A stretch of DNA of 64,000 nucleotides from contig OY968796.1 of the NCBI GenBank assembly GCA_963695545.1, positions 2,368,001 to 2,432,000 of the forward strand, in the 5' to 3' direction. The position numbers were made by a program, and so were the translations under genes. Numbering within the stretch: the first letter of the stretch is position 1; every line of letters starts with the position of its first letter. The notes beneath the pieces were generated by a model. It was not told the origin of the DNA. It made no database searches and saw nothing but the letters and a program-made list of their open reading frames with translations. Below are positions 9,585-20,810 of the stretch, in pieces. The stretch is from Terriglobia bacterium (GTDB taxonomy: Bacteria; Acidobacteriota; Terriglobia; Acidiferrales; UBA7541).

Positions 9585-11438
9585 ATGAACCGAATCCTTT
9601 CTGCCGCTCTTCTACTTTCGTGTCTCGCCCTATTCCCACGATCCGCGCGCGCGCAAAATGCCGCGGCCAGCGGCTCGCAGAACGAGTCCGCACGCCTGAA
9701 GCAATTCTTCGCCGACGATTGGAAATACTGGATGGCGGCGTATCCCGAATTCGCTACGGCTGTCGGTGTTCCAGGCTACAACGACCGTTGGACCGACGAA
9801 TCGCCCGACGCGGTGGCCGCGCGCTACGCGCACGTGCAAGCCGCGCTCGGGATGCTTGCGAGCTTCGACCGCTCCGCGCTCAATCCCGAAGATCAGCTCA
9901 GCTACGATCTTTACCATCGCGCGCTATCGGACGCGGCCGAAGGCTACCATTTCGGCTACGAGGCCAATCCGTTCGCTTCCGTGAGCCAATCGAGCTGGAT
10001 TCGGCCAGTGGATCAGATGGACGGTCCGCAGGAGAACATGCTGCAAGTAATCGCCTTGATGCCCACCGAGCGCGCCGACGATTACGAAAATATTGTGAAG
10101 CGGCTGCGCGGCGTCCCGGCGGTGATCGATCAAACCATCGCGCAGATGCAGGAGGGATTGAAGCAGCGCAACACTCCGCCGAAGATCGTGATGCGCGATG
10201 TTCCGAAGCAAGTGAGCGATCAGATCGTGGACGATCCCGACAAAAGCCCGCTGCTCGCCGCGTTTCTCCATTTTCCTGAAACTGTTCCCGCGGCCGATCA
10301 GCAGCGATTGCATGACGAAGCGCGAGCTGCCTATCGCGACGATTTCGTGCCGGCCTTTCAGAAGCTTCACGATTTCCTGGTGAGCGACTACATTCCGCAC
10401 TGCGTGGACACCATCGCGATCAGCGATCTTCCCGACGGTGCGGCCAACTACGCATTCAATGTTCACTGGCACACCACGACGGATTTGACTCCGCAGCAAA
10501 TTCACCAGATCGGCCTCGCCGAAGTGGAGCGCATCCAGGCCTTGATGCAGCAAGTGATGGTCCAGACGGGATTCCACGGCACGATGCAGGACTTTTTCCA
10601 CTTCCTCGAATCCGATCCGCAATTTTTCTTCACCAAGCCTGAAGACTTGCTGATGACCTACCGCGACCTCGACAAGCGCATCGATCCGCAATTGCCGCGC
10701 ATTATCGGCACACTTCCGCGCCTCACCTACGGCGTGCAACCCGTGCCGGATGCGATCGCGCCATCGCAAACTTCGGCCTACTACCAGCCGGGCTCACCGC
10801 AGGCCGGGCGCCCTGGCTGGTTCTACGTCAACACCTACGATTTGCCGCACCGACCGAAATGGGAGATGGAATCGCTCGCCCTGCATGAATCCGTGCCGGG
10901 CCATCATCTGCAGCTTTCGATCCAGGCAGAGATGCAAGGTCTGCCGGACTTCCGCACGCAGATTGAATACACGGCGTACGTGGAAGGATGGGCGCTGTAC
11001 TGCGAAACGATGGGTTCGGAGCTGGGTCTCTACACCGATCCCTACCAGAAGTTCGGCCAGCTGGCGAACGAAATGTGGCGCGCGGTGCGCCTGGTGGTGG
11101 ACACGGGCATTCATTCCGAAGGCTGGACGCGCGATCAAGCCATCCAATATTTCCACGACAACACCAGCATCTCCGAGCACAACGCCACTGTCGAAGTCGA
11201 TCGCTACATCGTTTGGCCGGGTCAGGCGCTGGGATACAAGATCGGCCAGATGGAAATTCGCCGCTTGCGCACCGAAGCCGAGCAACAATTGGGCGCGCGC
11301 TTTGACGAGCGCGCGTTTCACGACGCGGTGCTGGACGAAGGCGCTCTGCCGATGGATGTGCTCGCAGCGCGAATTCACGCCTGGATCGCGGCCGAGCAGG
11401 CCAAGCCGGCTGCGCCCGCGACGAACGCGACGAATTAG
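9585..11438 (+). CDS. DUF885 family secreted protein (putative metallopeptidase)
   Basis: Signal peptide; HESVPGHHLQ, AYVEGWALYCE, RAVRLVVDTGIH, PGQALGYKIG. Confidence 0.9.
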   Translation: MNRILSAALLLSCLALFPRSARAQNAAASGSQNESARLKQFFADDWKYWMAAYPEFATAVGVPGYNDRWTDESPDAVAARYAHVQAALGMLASFDRSALNPEDQLSYDLYHRALSDAAEGYHFGYEANPFASVSQSSWIRPVDQMDGPQENMLQVIALMPTERADDYENIVKRLRGVPAVIDQTIAQMQEGLKQRNTPPKIVMRDVPKQVSDQIVDDPDKSPLLAAFLHFPETVPAADQQRLHDEARAAYRDDFVPAFQKLHDFLVSDYIPHCVDTIAISDLPDGAANYAFNVHWHTTTDLTPQQIHQIGLAEVERIQALMQQVMVQTGFHGTMQDFFHFLESDPQFFFTKPEDLLMTYRDLDKRIDPQLPRIIGTLPRLTYGVQPVPDAIAPSQTSAYYQPGSPQAGRPGWFYVNTYDLPHRPKWEMESLALHESVPGHHLQLSIQAEMQGLPDFRTQIEYTAYVEGWALYCETMGSELGLYTDPYQKFGQLANEMWRAVRLVVDTGIHSEGWTRDQAIQYFHDNTSISEHNATVEVDRYIVWPGQALGYKIGQMEIRRLRTEAEQQLGARFDERAFHDAVLDEGALPMDVLAARIHAWIAAEQAKPAAPATNATN

Positions 11439-11487
11439 AAATGCGCCGGGATTTGAGTGATGTCGTGCGGTTACGCGGGGCCCGAAG

Positions 11488-12747
11488 CTAGCTCGGGCTC
11501 GACATAGAGGCGAGAAATTCGGCGTTGGACTTGGTCTTCACCAGCCGGCCTAGCAGCAATTCCATGGCTTCAACGGGCGAGAGCGGATTGAGCACCTTGC
11601 GCAGCACCCACACGCGATTTAGTTCGTCGGGCGGCATCAACAATTCTTCCTTGCGCGTTCCGGAGCGATTGATATCGATCGCGGGGAAAATGCGTTTATC
11701 CACCAGCCGCCGGTCGAGATTGATTTCCATGTTGCCGGTGCCCTTGAACTCTTCAAAGATCACGTCGTCCATGCGGCTGCCGGTGTCAATCAGAGCGGTC
11801 GCCATGATCGTGAGCGAGCCGCCTTCTTCGATATTGCGCGCCGCGGCAAAGAACCGGCGCGGGCGCTGCAATGCATTGGCGTCGATACCGCCCGAAAGCA
11901 CTTTGCCCGAAGGCGGCGTGACGGCGTTGTAGGCGCGCGCGAGACGCGTCACCGAATCGAGCAGAATCACCACGTCGCGTTTGTGCTCCACCAGGCGCTT
12001 GGCTTTTTCGAGGACCATTTCCGCAACTTGAATGTGACGCTGCGGCGGTTCATCGAACGTGGAGCTGATCACTTCGCCCTTCACCGTGCGCTGCATGTCC
12101 GTGACTTCTTCCGGCCGCTCGTCGATCAGCAGCACGATTAGCGCGACTTCAGGGTGATTCGTGGTGATCGAATTCGCGATGGATTGCAGCATCATGGTTT
12201 TGCCGGTGCGCGGCGGCGCGACGATCAAACCGCGCTGGCCCTTGCCCACCGGGCACAGCAAATCCAGCACGCGCCCCGTCAGCACATCCTTGCCGACTTC
12301 CATTTTCAAGCGACCTTGCGGATAAAGCGGCGTCAGATTGTCGAAGAAAATCTTATTGCGCGCGACCTCGGGATCTTCAAAGTTGATGGCTTCGACTTTG
12401 ATCAGCGCGAAATAGCGCTCGCCGTCTTTCGGCGGACGCACCTGCCCGGAGACAGTGTCGCCGGTACGCAGATCGAACTTGCGGATTTGCGACGGCGAGA
12501 CGTAGATGTCGTCGGGTCCCGGCAGATAGTTGTATTCCGGCGCGCGCAGGAAGCCGAAGCCGTCGGGCAGGCATTCGAGCACGCCTTCGGAAAAGATCAA
12601 TCCATTCTTCTCCGTTTGCGCGCGGAGGATCTGGAAGATCAGCTCCTGTTTGCGCATGCCGCTGGCGCCGGGGATCGCCAAATCCTTGGCGATCTTCGCC
12701 AGGTCGGTGATGTTTTTCTCTTTCAGTTCAGCCAGGCTAATACTCAT
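11488..12747 (-). CDS. rho: Transcription termination factor Rho
   Basis: [42 protein letters not shown]. Alternative start at 12825 adds a PTPQE-repeat extension. Confidence 0.97.
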   Translation of the reverse strand: MSISLAELKEKNITDLAKIAKDLAIPGASGMRKQELIFQILRAQTEKNGLIFSEGVLECLPDGFGFLRAPEYNYLPGPDDIYVSPSQIRKFDLRTGDTVSGQVRPPKDGERYFALIKVEAINFEDPEVARNKIFFDNLTPLYPQGRLKMEVGKDVLTGRVLDLLCPVGKGQRGLIVAPPRTGKTMMLQSIANSITTNHPEVALIVLLIDERPEEVTDMQRTVKGEVISSTFDEPPQRHIQVAEMVLEKAKRLVEHKRDVVILLDSVTRLARAYNAVTPPSGKVLSGGIDANALQRPRRFFAAARNIEEGGSLTIMATALIDTGSRMDDVIFEEFKGTGNMEINLDRRLVDKRIFPAIDINRSGTRKEELLMPPDELNRVWVLRKVLNPLSPVEAMELLLGRLVKTKSNAEFLASMSSPS

Positions 12748-13032
12748 CGTTTTGGTTCCTTGTTCTTGTGGCGTTGGTTTTGGTTCTTGTGGCGTTGGTC
12801 TTGCGACTTCAGTTGTATTTCGCATTACACTCTTTCAAGTCGTTCCAGTCATCTCGATCTAAATCCAAATTTCGATTCCGGAGAATTCCGAGGCAATCTC
12901 GGAACGTTCCTCGCGGTCCCAGTGGGAAATTGGTCAGGCGCCCGGCGGGGCGCAATGCCTTTCGCTGCCTGATTCGTCCGAAGAAGTCCACCCTGGATGC
13001 AGCTTCGGAAAAGAGAGCGGAGGATTCTCGCC

Positions 13033-15442
13033 CTAATTCGTCAAATTCTGATCGGCTTCCGGCTCGGCGCCGAATTCGCCCGCGACTTCGGGCACAGGGC
13101 CCGGCGCCGTCGGCTCGATGGGACGCTCAAGGGCCGCGCGCAGCACCTCATCCATCGTCTCCACCACGCAGATGGTGAGTTCGGAGCGCACTTCCGGCGG
13201 AATATCCGCCAAATCTTTTTCGTTGTCCTTCGGAATGATCACGGTGCGTATGCCGACGCGATGCGCGGCCATCAGCTTTTCCTTCACGCCGCCGATCGGC
13301 AGCACTTTTCCGCGGAGCGTGATCTCACCGGTCATGGCCACGTCGCAGCGAACCGGGATGCGCGTGAGCGCGCTGACGATCGAAGTGGCGATGGTGATTC
13401 CGGCCGAAGGGCCGTCCTTCGGAATCGCGCCTTCGGGAACGTGCATGTGAATATCGAGATGCCGATAAAAATCGCGCGGCAGACCGAACTGGCTGGTACG
13501 CGAGCGCACGTAGCTCATGGCCGCCTGCGCCGATTCCTGCATCACGTCGCCGAGCTTGCCTGTGAGCGTCAAGCGGCCCTTGCCCACCATCAGCTGAGCT
13601 TCGGTGGCGAGCACTTGGCCGCCGACTTCGGTCCACGCCAGGCCGGTGGCCAGGCCGACTTCGCTCTTTTTGTGCGCCCACAACTCGCGAAATTTGATCA
13701 CGCCGAGGAAATCGGAAAGGTTCGCCGGCGTCACTTCGACCTTGACGTCGCGCCCTTCCTTCACCACGCGCCGCGAAATCTTGCGGCACACGCTCGAAAT
13801 TTCGCGCTCGAGGGTGCGCACGCCGGCTTCGTGCGTGTAGTGCCGGATGATGTGTTGCAAGCCCTCGTCGGTGAACGTGACGTTGGCCTCGGTCAATCCG
13901 GTTTGCTTCGAGCTGTTTTTTCACCAGGAAGCGCTTGGCGATCTGTAGTTTCTCAAGTTCGGTGTAGCCCGCGAGGCGCAGCACTTCCATGCGGTCCTGC
14001 AAAGGCTGCGGAATCGTGTGCAGCACGTTGGCGGTGCAGATGAACATCACCTTCGAGAGATCGTATTCCACGTCGAGATAATGGTCGGTGAAGGCGTGAT
14101 TGAGTTCCGGGTCCAGCACTTCCATCAGCGCCGCCGAAGGATCGCCGCGAAAATCGGTGGACATCTTATCGACTTCGTCGAGCACGAAGACGGGATTGAT
14201 CGTGCCGGCCTTCTTCATCATCTGCACGATCTGCCCGGGCAGCGCGCCGATGTAGGTGCGCCGATGACCGCGAATTTCCGCTTCGTCGCGCACGCCGCCA
14301 AGCGAAACGCGGACGAATTTGCGTCCCGTGGCGCGGCCGATGGACATCGCCAAAGAAGTTTTGCCCACGCCCGGCGGTCCGACAAAGCACAGGATCGAGC
14401 CCTTCGGGTTCTTCACCAGTTGGCGTACGGCGAGATATTCGAGGATGCGCTCTTTGACCTTCTCGAGCCCATAATGCTCTTCTTCCAGAATGCGCTCAGC
14501 CACAGCGATATCACGAATCTCTTTCGATTTCTTCTTCCACGGCATGGCCAGCAGCCAATCGAGGTAGTTGCGGCTCACCGTCGATTCAGCCGACATCGGC
14601 GGCATCAATTCCAGGCGCTTCAATTCCTGCACGGCCTTCTCGTGGGTTTCCTTGGGCATGCCGGCGGCGTCAATTTTCTTTTTCAGCTCTTCGAGCTCGT
14701 TCTTTTCGCCGCGGCCCAGTTCCTTGTGAATGGCCTTGAGCTTTTCGTTGAGGTAATACTCTTTTTGCGCGCGCTCCATCTGGCGCTTCACGCGCGTATT
14801 GATGTTGCGCTCGACGTTCAGTTTCTCGAGCTCGCCTTCCAGAATATCGGCCACGCGGGTCAGGCGCTCGAGCGGATCGAAGCATTCGAGCAATTCCTGT
14901 TTTTCCTCCACCGCGATCTGCAGATTCGAGGCCACGCTGTCGGAAAGCTTGGCCGGATCGTCCGCGCGGACGGCGGCAATCATCGAATCGTAGTTCAGGT
15001 TCTGCGAGAGCTTGACGTATTGCTCGAACAGGCCCGTGACGCGCGAAACGATCTGTTCGAGTTGCGGAGACGGCTCGATGCGGCTTCCCACCACGCGCAG
15101 CGTCGCGCGGAAAAAACCGTCCTCGACGGAAACCTGCACGACTTTCGCGCGCTCCACGCCTTCGACCAGTACTTTAATGTTGCCATCGGCCAGCTTCACA
15201 CTCTGCACGATGTTCGCGAGCGTCCCGACGCTGTAAATTTGATCGGGCTGCGGATCGTCCATCGAAGCGTCGTGCTGCGTGGCCAGGAAAATTTTCTTCT
15301 CGCCCGCCAGCGCGTCTTCGAGCGCGCGCACGGAGCTTTCGCGTCCCACGATGAACGGCGTCATCATCTGCGGGAAGATGACCATGTCGCGCACCGGCAT
15401 CATCGGCACGCGCTTCAATTCGGTTTTTTCGCGATTGAACAT
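13033..15442 (-). CDS. lon: ATP-dependent Lon protease, interrupted by a one-base frameshift near 13903
   Basis: ORF 13325..15442 gives the N domain and AAA+ ([18 protein letters not shown]); ORF 13033..13896 gives the protease domain ([14 protein letters not shown]). Removing one A from GCA-A-ACC restores ...[12 protein letters not shown]... Confidence 0.93.
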
Positions 15443-15548
15443 TACCTGTGTCTATGTCCCGGATGCGGGCTCGACGTGGAGCCTGCTGAAATACTGCTGA
15501 TCTTCTGTTGCCGATTCCAGTGCAGAATTCTTTGCCGTTTCCTGTGGC

Positions 15549-16805
15549 TCAGCCGGCCTTCTCAAGCAGGCCCCAATTGATTTCGCGGCCACGCACCATT
15601 TCCGCCGTCACCGAGAAGTCGCGCACTTTTCTCTGAGTAGGTAGATGGTACATCAGTTCGAGCATCAGGTCTTCGAGGATCATGCGAAGCCCGCGCGCGC
15701 CGACTTTGCGCGCCAGGGCCAGTTCGGCCACGGTCTCGATCGCGTCGTCGGTGAAGTGCAGCTTCACGTTCTCGAATTCAAACAGGCGCTGGTATTGCCG
15801 GATCAGCGCGTTCTTCGGCTCGGTCAGGATGCGCATCAGCGCCGGCTTGTCCAAATCGCCGAGCACGCCCATCACCGGCAAGCGGCCCACGAATTCCGGG
15901 ATAAGGCCGTAGCGGATCAGATCGGTCGGCTGTGCCTGCTCCAGGATCTCGATGTTGCGGCGATTCGCCGTCGAAGGCTGCGCGTCGGTGTGAAAGCCCA
16001 GCGATTTTTGCCCCACGCGCCGCTCGATCACCTTTTCGAGGCCCACAAACGCCCCGCCGCAGATGAACAGAATGTTCGTCGTGTCCACCGGCGTAAATTC
16101 CTGGTGCGGATGCTTGCGACCGCCCTGCGGAGGCACATTGGCCACGGTGCCTTCCAAAATCTTCAGCAGCGCCTGCTGCACGCCTTCGCCGGAAACGTCG
16201 CGCGTGATCGAAGGGTTCTCATCTTTCTTCGAGATCTTGTCGATCTCGTCGATGTAGATGATGCCTTGCTGCGCTTTGGTCACGTCGCCATCGGCGTTTT
16301 GCAGCAGCTTCAGAATAATGTTCTCAACGTCTTCGCCGACGTAGCCCGCTTCGGTCAGCGTGGTCGCGTCCACGATCGCAAACGGCACATCCAGCATGCG
16401 CGAAAGCGTCTGCGCCAGCAGCGTCTTGCCCGTTCCGGTCGGCCCGATCAGCAGAATATTCGATTTCGTCAGTTCGACGTCGCCCGGTTGGCGGTTCAAG
16501 AAGATGCGCTTGTAATGGTTGTAAACAGCCACCGCCAGCTTCTTCTTGGTTTTATCCTGCCCGATCACGTAGCCGTCGAGGAATGCCTTGATCTCCGGAG
16601 GCCTCGGCAGACGCCGGTTCACCGGCCCGGACTGTTCGCGCTTTTCTTCTTCCAGAATCTGCTCGCAAACGCTCACGCATTCGTTGCAGATGTAGGCGCG
16701 CGGATAATCGGAGGGCGAACTGATGAGCTTCTCGACCTGCTCCTGCGTCTTATGGCAGAACGAGCAGCGCAGCGGGTCTTCGGTGGTAGATTTTTTCACC
16801 GGCAT
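15549..16805 (-). CDS. clpX: ATP-dependent Clp protease ATP-binding subunit ClpX
   Basis: CSFC...CNEC zinc domain, [35 protein letters not shown]. Confidence 0.98.
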   Translation of the reverse strand: MPVKKSTTEDPLRCSFCHKTQEQVEKLISSPSDYPRAYICNECVSVCEQILEEEKREQSGPVNRRLPRPPEIKAFLDGYVIGQDKTKKKLAVAVYNHYKRIFLNRQPGDVELTKSNILLIGPTGTGKTLLAQTLSRMLDVPFAIVDATTLTEAGYVGEDVENIILKLLQNADGDVTKAQQGIIYIDEIDKISKKDENPSITRDVSGEGVQQALLKILEGTVANVPPQGGRKHPHQEFTPVDTTNILFICGGAFVGLEKVIERRVGQKSLGFHTDAQPSTANRRNIEILEQAQPTDLIRYGLIPEFVGRLPVMGVLGDLDKPALMRILTEPKNALIRQYQRLFEFENVKLHFTDDAIETVAELALARKVGARGLRMILEDLMLELMYHLPTQRKVRDFSVTAEMVRGREINWGLLEKAG

Positions 16806-16928
16806 TGATTCCTCTCGCGGTTCCCGAGGCCAGGTGGTACCGCGAAAAACATTCTAGGCCCGATCGAGGCTCGATGTCCCATCCCCGCTCTCGCTCGCTC
16901 GTATTGGGTACTAACTGATTGGTACGCG

Positions 16929-17549
16929 CTAGCGATGCTTGAAAATGATTTCGTCGATCAGGCCGTACTCCTTGGCCTGTTGCGCCGACATGATGAAGTC
17001 GCGTTCGCAGTCACGTTCCACTTTTTCCGTCGGCTGCCCGCAGTGCTTCACCAACAGCTCGTTGATCACCATGCGCATGCGCAGAATTTCTTTGGCGTGA
17101 ATGTCGATGTCGGTGGCCTGGCCCGAAAGGCCGGACATCCACGGCTGGTGAATCAGGATGCGCGAATTCGGCAAAGAAAAGCGCTTCTTGGCGGCGCCCG
17201 CGGTCAGCAGAAGCGCCGCGATCGAAGCCGCCTGCCCCACGCAAATCGTCACCACGTCGGGCCGCACGAATTGAATCGTGTCGTAGATCGCCATGCCCGC
17301 CGTGATCGAGCCGCCCGGCGAATTGATGTACAGCGAAATATCCTTTTCCGGGTCTTCGGCCTCGAGGAACAGCAATTGCGCCGTCACCAGGTTCGCCACG
17401 TGATCGTCGATCGGCGTCCCGATGAAGATAATGTTGTCCTTCAGCAGGCGCGAATAAATGTCGTACGCCCGCTCGCCGCGGTTCGTCTGCTCGACGACCA
17501 TGGGAACGAGCGTCGTATTGTAGGGTCCGGGCTGGTCGGAGCCGTTCAT
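16929..17549 (-). CDS. clpP: ATP-dependent Clp protease proteolytic subunit
   Basis: [32 protein letters not shown]. Confidence 0.98.
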   Translation of the reverse strand: MNGSDQPGPYNTTLVPMVVEQTNRGERAYDIYSRLLKDNIIFIGTPIDDHVANLVTAQLLFLEAEDPEKDISLYINSPGGSITAGMAIYDTIQFVRPDVVTICVGQAASIAALLLTAGAAKKRFSLPNSRILIHQPWMSGLSGQATDIDIHAKEILRMRMVINELLVKHCGQPTEKVERDCERDFIMSAQQAKEYGLIDEIIFKHR

Positions 17550-17637
17550 CGTAGTGTCATCTTGGAATTCGCGCGTTGTTCGTGTCTTGCGTATAAGGGC
17601 TCGTGTATTGGAATCGGGCGAGGAGGCCGGCCGGAAT

Positions 17638-18915
17638 TTATGTTTCTGCCTTTGGTTGGGTCCGGATCCGGGAACTCTGACAGAGCCACTCCAGAGTTTT
17701 ATCGCTCCGGAGCTTCGATTTAATCCTATCGAGCGTACCTTGCTTTGTCAAGCGCGCGCGAAGCGCGATGGCCGATTCGCCACTGCGTTCCGCCAGCTCG
17801 TTGAGCTCTCGATCGACCTCTTCGTCCGCCACCTCGATCTTTTCCTCGTTCGCGATGCGATCCAGCAACAATTCCGCCTTCACATCTTCCACGGCGCGGT
17901 CGCGCTGGCGCCGCCGCAATCCGGCCCAATCCACGTTGACGGCCCGCGGATCCACTCCCTGCGCCGCGAGCGTGCGCACCGCGCGCTCCAGGCGCGCATC
18001 CATCTGCTGCTCGACGAGCGCCTCGGGCACGGGGAAGTCGTGCGCGGCCACAATCTTCGCGAGCAGCTTCTCGCGCGCCTCTTCCTTTTGCCGATGGTCG
18101 CGCGCCGCTTCCAGATTCTGCCGGATTTTCGCGCGCAATTCGTCGATGGTTTTCGCGTCGCTCACTTTTTGCACGAATTCATCGTTCAATTCGGGCCGCT
18201 GCTTTTCCTGAATCCCCAGAACTTCCACGGCGTAGTGATACGTTTTGCCCGCGAGCTTCGCATCGGGATAATCGGCGGGGTAAGGCACGTCGAACTCGCG
18301 ATGCTCGCCAACCGCAGCGCCGCGTAGATTTTCGTTGAACGGCGCCATCGTTTGCTCGCCGCCCACCTGGCAATCCACGCTGTCCGCTTGCAGCGGCTCG
18401 CCGCCGTCGGCGGACGTTCCCGAGAGCTTGAGGCGCGCGATATCGCCGTCGGCGATCGCGCGGCCTTCAACCGGGGCCACGGTCGCCGCGCGGTCGCGCA
18501 GCTCTTCGAGCGTTTTCTCGACGTCGGCGTCGGTTACGGCCGTCGCTTCGATCTCGACTTCCAGGTCCTTATATTGTCCGAGCGTGAATTCCGGAAGCAC
18601 CTCGAACGAGGCCACGAATTTCACCGGGCCGTTCTCCGCGAAGTCCACCTTGTCCACGTGCGGCTGCGTCACCGGCACAAGCTTCTGATCCTGCACGGCG
18701 CTTTCGATCTTCGGCGGCAGCAGCGATTGCAGCACTTCGCCCTTGATCTCATCTGCGAAGCGCCGGCGGATCAGCGTCACCGGAGCCTTGCCCGGCCGAA
18801 ATCCCGGCACGCGCGCCACTTTGGCGAATTCGTTCGCCACGCGCGCCACGGCTTTCTGCACATCTTCGGCGGGAATTTCCAGCTCCAGTTCGCGCCGGCA
18901 CGTCGCTTCTGTCAT
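17638..18915 (-). CDS. tig: Trigger factor
   Basis: PGFRPGKAP ribosome-binding motif; position upstream of clpP-clpX-lon. Confidence 0.95.
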   Translation of the reverse strand: MTEATCRRELELEIPAEDVQKAVARVANEFAKVARVPGFRPGKAPVTLIRRRFADEIKGEVLQSLLPPKIESAVQDQKLVPVTQPHVDKVDFAENGPVKFVASFEVLPEFTLGQYKDLEVEIEATAVTDADVEKTLEELRDRAATVAPVEGRAIADGDIARLKLSGTSADGGEPLQADSVDCQVGGEQTMAPFNENLRGAAVGEHREFDVPYPADYPDAKLAGKTYHYAVEVLGIQEKQRPELNDEFVQKVSDAKTIDELRAKIRQNLEAARDHRQKEEAREKLLAKIVAAHDFPVPEALVEQQMDARLERAVRTLAAQGVDPRAVNVDWAGLRRRQRDRAVEDVKAELLLDRIANEEKIEVADEEVDRELNELAERSGESAIALRARLTKQGTLDRIKSKLRSDKTLEWLCQSSRIRTQPKAET

Positions 18916-19137
18916 CGCGCCTCTGTATTGCGGTAAATCTTTTCCCTCGCCAAGTTTCTGCAAGCGCCGCGTTCGTCGCCAAGTGCTCCAGACATTGAAA
19001 CTGGAAAAAGGGACGAGCGAAGGAAAGAATGCCCAGTATAGAGAAACCCCGCGCGAGCGTCAACGCCGGGCACGCTCGAGCAGCGAAAACGCAGCGCGCG
19101 GCAACTTTATGATACGATGGAGCCAGAAGAGGCGGCC

Positions 19138-19410
19138 ATGAAGCGGCAAGAGCACGTCACAGAAGTGGAAGAAGCGGCCATCCGCATCCGGATCGAGGCG
19201 CTCAAAGACGGGCGATATCTCGGCACAAGTCCGGACGTTCCAGGACTTGTGGCGGAAGGGCGCAGTGCAGCGGAGACCGTCGAAATTGCACAGGGCCTCG
19301 CCCGCAAAATTGTCGAATCCTGCCGCGAGCATGGAGATCCTCTACCTCCCGTTTTTTCAAAGGCCCGTCTGAAAACCCGCGAATTCCTCGTGCCTGTCCC
19401 GATGCCCTGA
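19138..19410 (+). CDS. hicB: HicB-like antitoxin
   Basis: YLGTSPDVPGLVAEGRSAAETVEIA HicB-type fold; stop overlaps the hicA start. Confidence 0.75.
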   Translation: MKRQEHVTEVEEAAIRIRIEALKDGRYLGTSPDVPGLVAEGRSAAETVEIAQGLARKIVESCREHGDPLPPVFSKARLKTREFLVPVPMP

Positions 19411-19637
19411 TGGGGCGTTTAGCGGTATTCCGCTACCGCGAAGTCGCCAGACGTCCCCGTGTGTTTGGGTTATGCTTCGACTGTCCCGCGGCGGGCAGCC
19501 ATGAAGTCTGGCGTCAGTCGGAGACGGGCGGGAAAGTCACAATTCCACACCACTCTGGCGATATGGCGGAAGGAACGCTACGCGCCATCTTGCGCGAGGC
19601 CGGAATCAGCGTAGATCGCTTCCTGAACGAGCGGTAA
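19410..19637 (+). CDS. hicA: HicA family mRNA interferase toxin
   Basis: GSHEVW...VTIPHH..DMAEGTLRAILREAGIS signature. Confidence 0.85.
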   Translation: MGRLAVFRYREVARRPRVFGLCFDCPAAGSHEVWRQSETGGKVTIPHHSGDMAEGTLRAILREAGISVDRFLNER

Positions 19638-19807
19638 CTTGTCCCCGGGCAGGTTCCACCCGCAAAATTCGCGATGCTATCATTCCAACTTCCGTCGAAG
19701 TTGCCACTTTCACTCGGAACGGCATCAGTCGTGATAGTCTCTCTGACGAAATCGCCGAGTCGCGATTGCGATTGGCGATCCTAGGGGGAGAAGGAAGCCA
19801 TCAAGCT

Positions 19808-20797
19808 ATGAAGCTTACCCGCATTCTGCTCCTGTTTCTTAGTGGTCTGCTGCTTTTGCCCGCCGTCGCCGCTGACAAAGACTTTATCGATTGGGAGCAC
19901 CTCACGAATCCAGTGCTTCAGTATCCGAATTGGTCCATCAAAGATGCCGCCATGGCTTTTCGCGACGGCACATTCTATGTTTTCTTTTCCGCGTTTTATG
20001 CCGATCGCGGCCAGGTGCGCAGCCACGTCGTAGAAGTCAGCACGCGCGACTTCAAAACTTTCTCCGATCCGATCTTCGATATTGACGGCCGCGAAGATGG
20101 CTGGATCGGGCTGTGCTCGCCCGACGTGCAGGAAATTGGCGGCACGTACTATATGACGTTCAATTCCTGGGGCGATTTGCCGGACAAGCCGAACCAACTC
20201 TTCTACGAATCTTCTCCCGATCTCGTCCACTGGTCGGATCGCAAGCCGCTCGCGCGAAACCTCACCACCGCCGGCCGCGTGATTGACGCAGCCGTCGCCG
20301 GTGCCGACGGCGGTTTCTATCTCACGTGGCGCGAAGGCCGCGGCCCGATCATTCCGCACATTGCGTTCGCGAAGTCCATGGACGGGCCGTGGGCGCTCGT
20401 CGGCTCCGGCGTCGCGCAACTGACCATGCCGGATGGAAAGGATAACGGCTCGAATCACGAAAATTTCGAGTTCGTTAAAATTGATGACAAGTGGCGCTTG
20501 CTTACCTCCGACTATCCGCCAGGCCACGAGGAATATCTCTACACGCAGGAAGACTCGCACAATTGGCTCGACTGGGGCCAAGGCGCGCGGTTTGACATCG
20601 CCAAAGCCGATTACAACAGCTTGATTCCGTGCGACGCCGCGGCACTCTATGACTGGCGCAGCTACGACGGCTACTTCTATCTGTTGTGCGCCGGGCGCAC
20701 CGAAGCGAGTTCCTACTTGGGGCGCGGCTGGAATCGTCTCGCGCTGCACCGCTCGAAAGACCTGGTGCACTGGTTGCCCGCCGGCACGATGCACTGA
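19808..20797 (+). CDS. Secreted putative five-bladed beta-propeller glycoside hydrolase (GH43/32-like)
   Basis: Signal peptide; NPVL, CSPDV and repeated S.DLVHW motifs typical of GH43/32 propellers. Family uncertain. Confidence 0.55.
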   Translation: MKLTRILLLFLSGLLLLPAVAADKDFIDWEHLTNPVLQYPNWSIKDAAMAFRDGTFYVFFSAFYADRGQVRSHVVEVSTRDFKTFSDPIFDIDGREDGWIGLCSPDVQEIGGTYYMTFNSWGDLPDKPNQLFYESSPDLVHWSDRKPLARNLTTAGRVIDAAVAGADGGFYLTWREGRGPIIPHIAFAKSMDGPWALVGSGVAQLTMPDGKDNGSNHENFEFVKIDDKWRLLTSDYPPGHEEYLYTQEDSHNWLDWGQGARFDIAKADYNSLIPCDAAALYDWRSYDGYFYLLCAGRTEASSYLGRGWNRLALHRSKDLVHWLPAGTMH

Positions 20798-20810
20798 CCT
20801 CTGGCGAACT

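Noticed and set aside
13900..13925. Programmed frameshift in lon at the A6 run
   Set aside because: Such runs promote -1 slippage whereas a +1 shift is needed; a single-base error explains it more simply.
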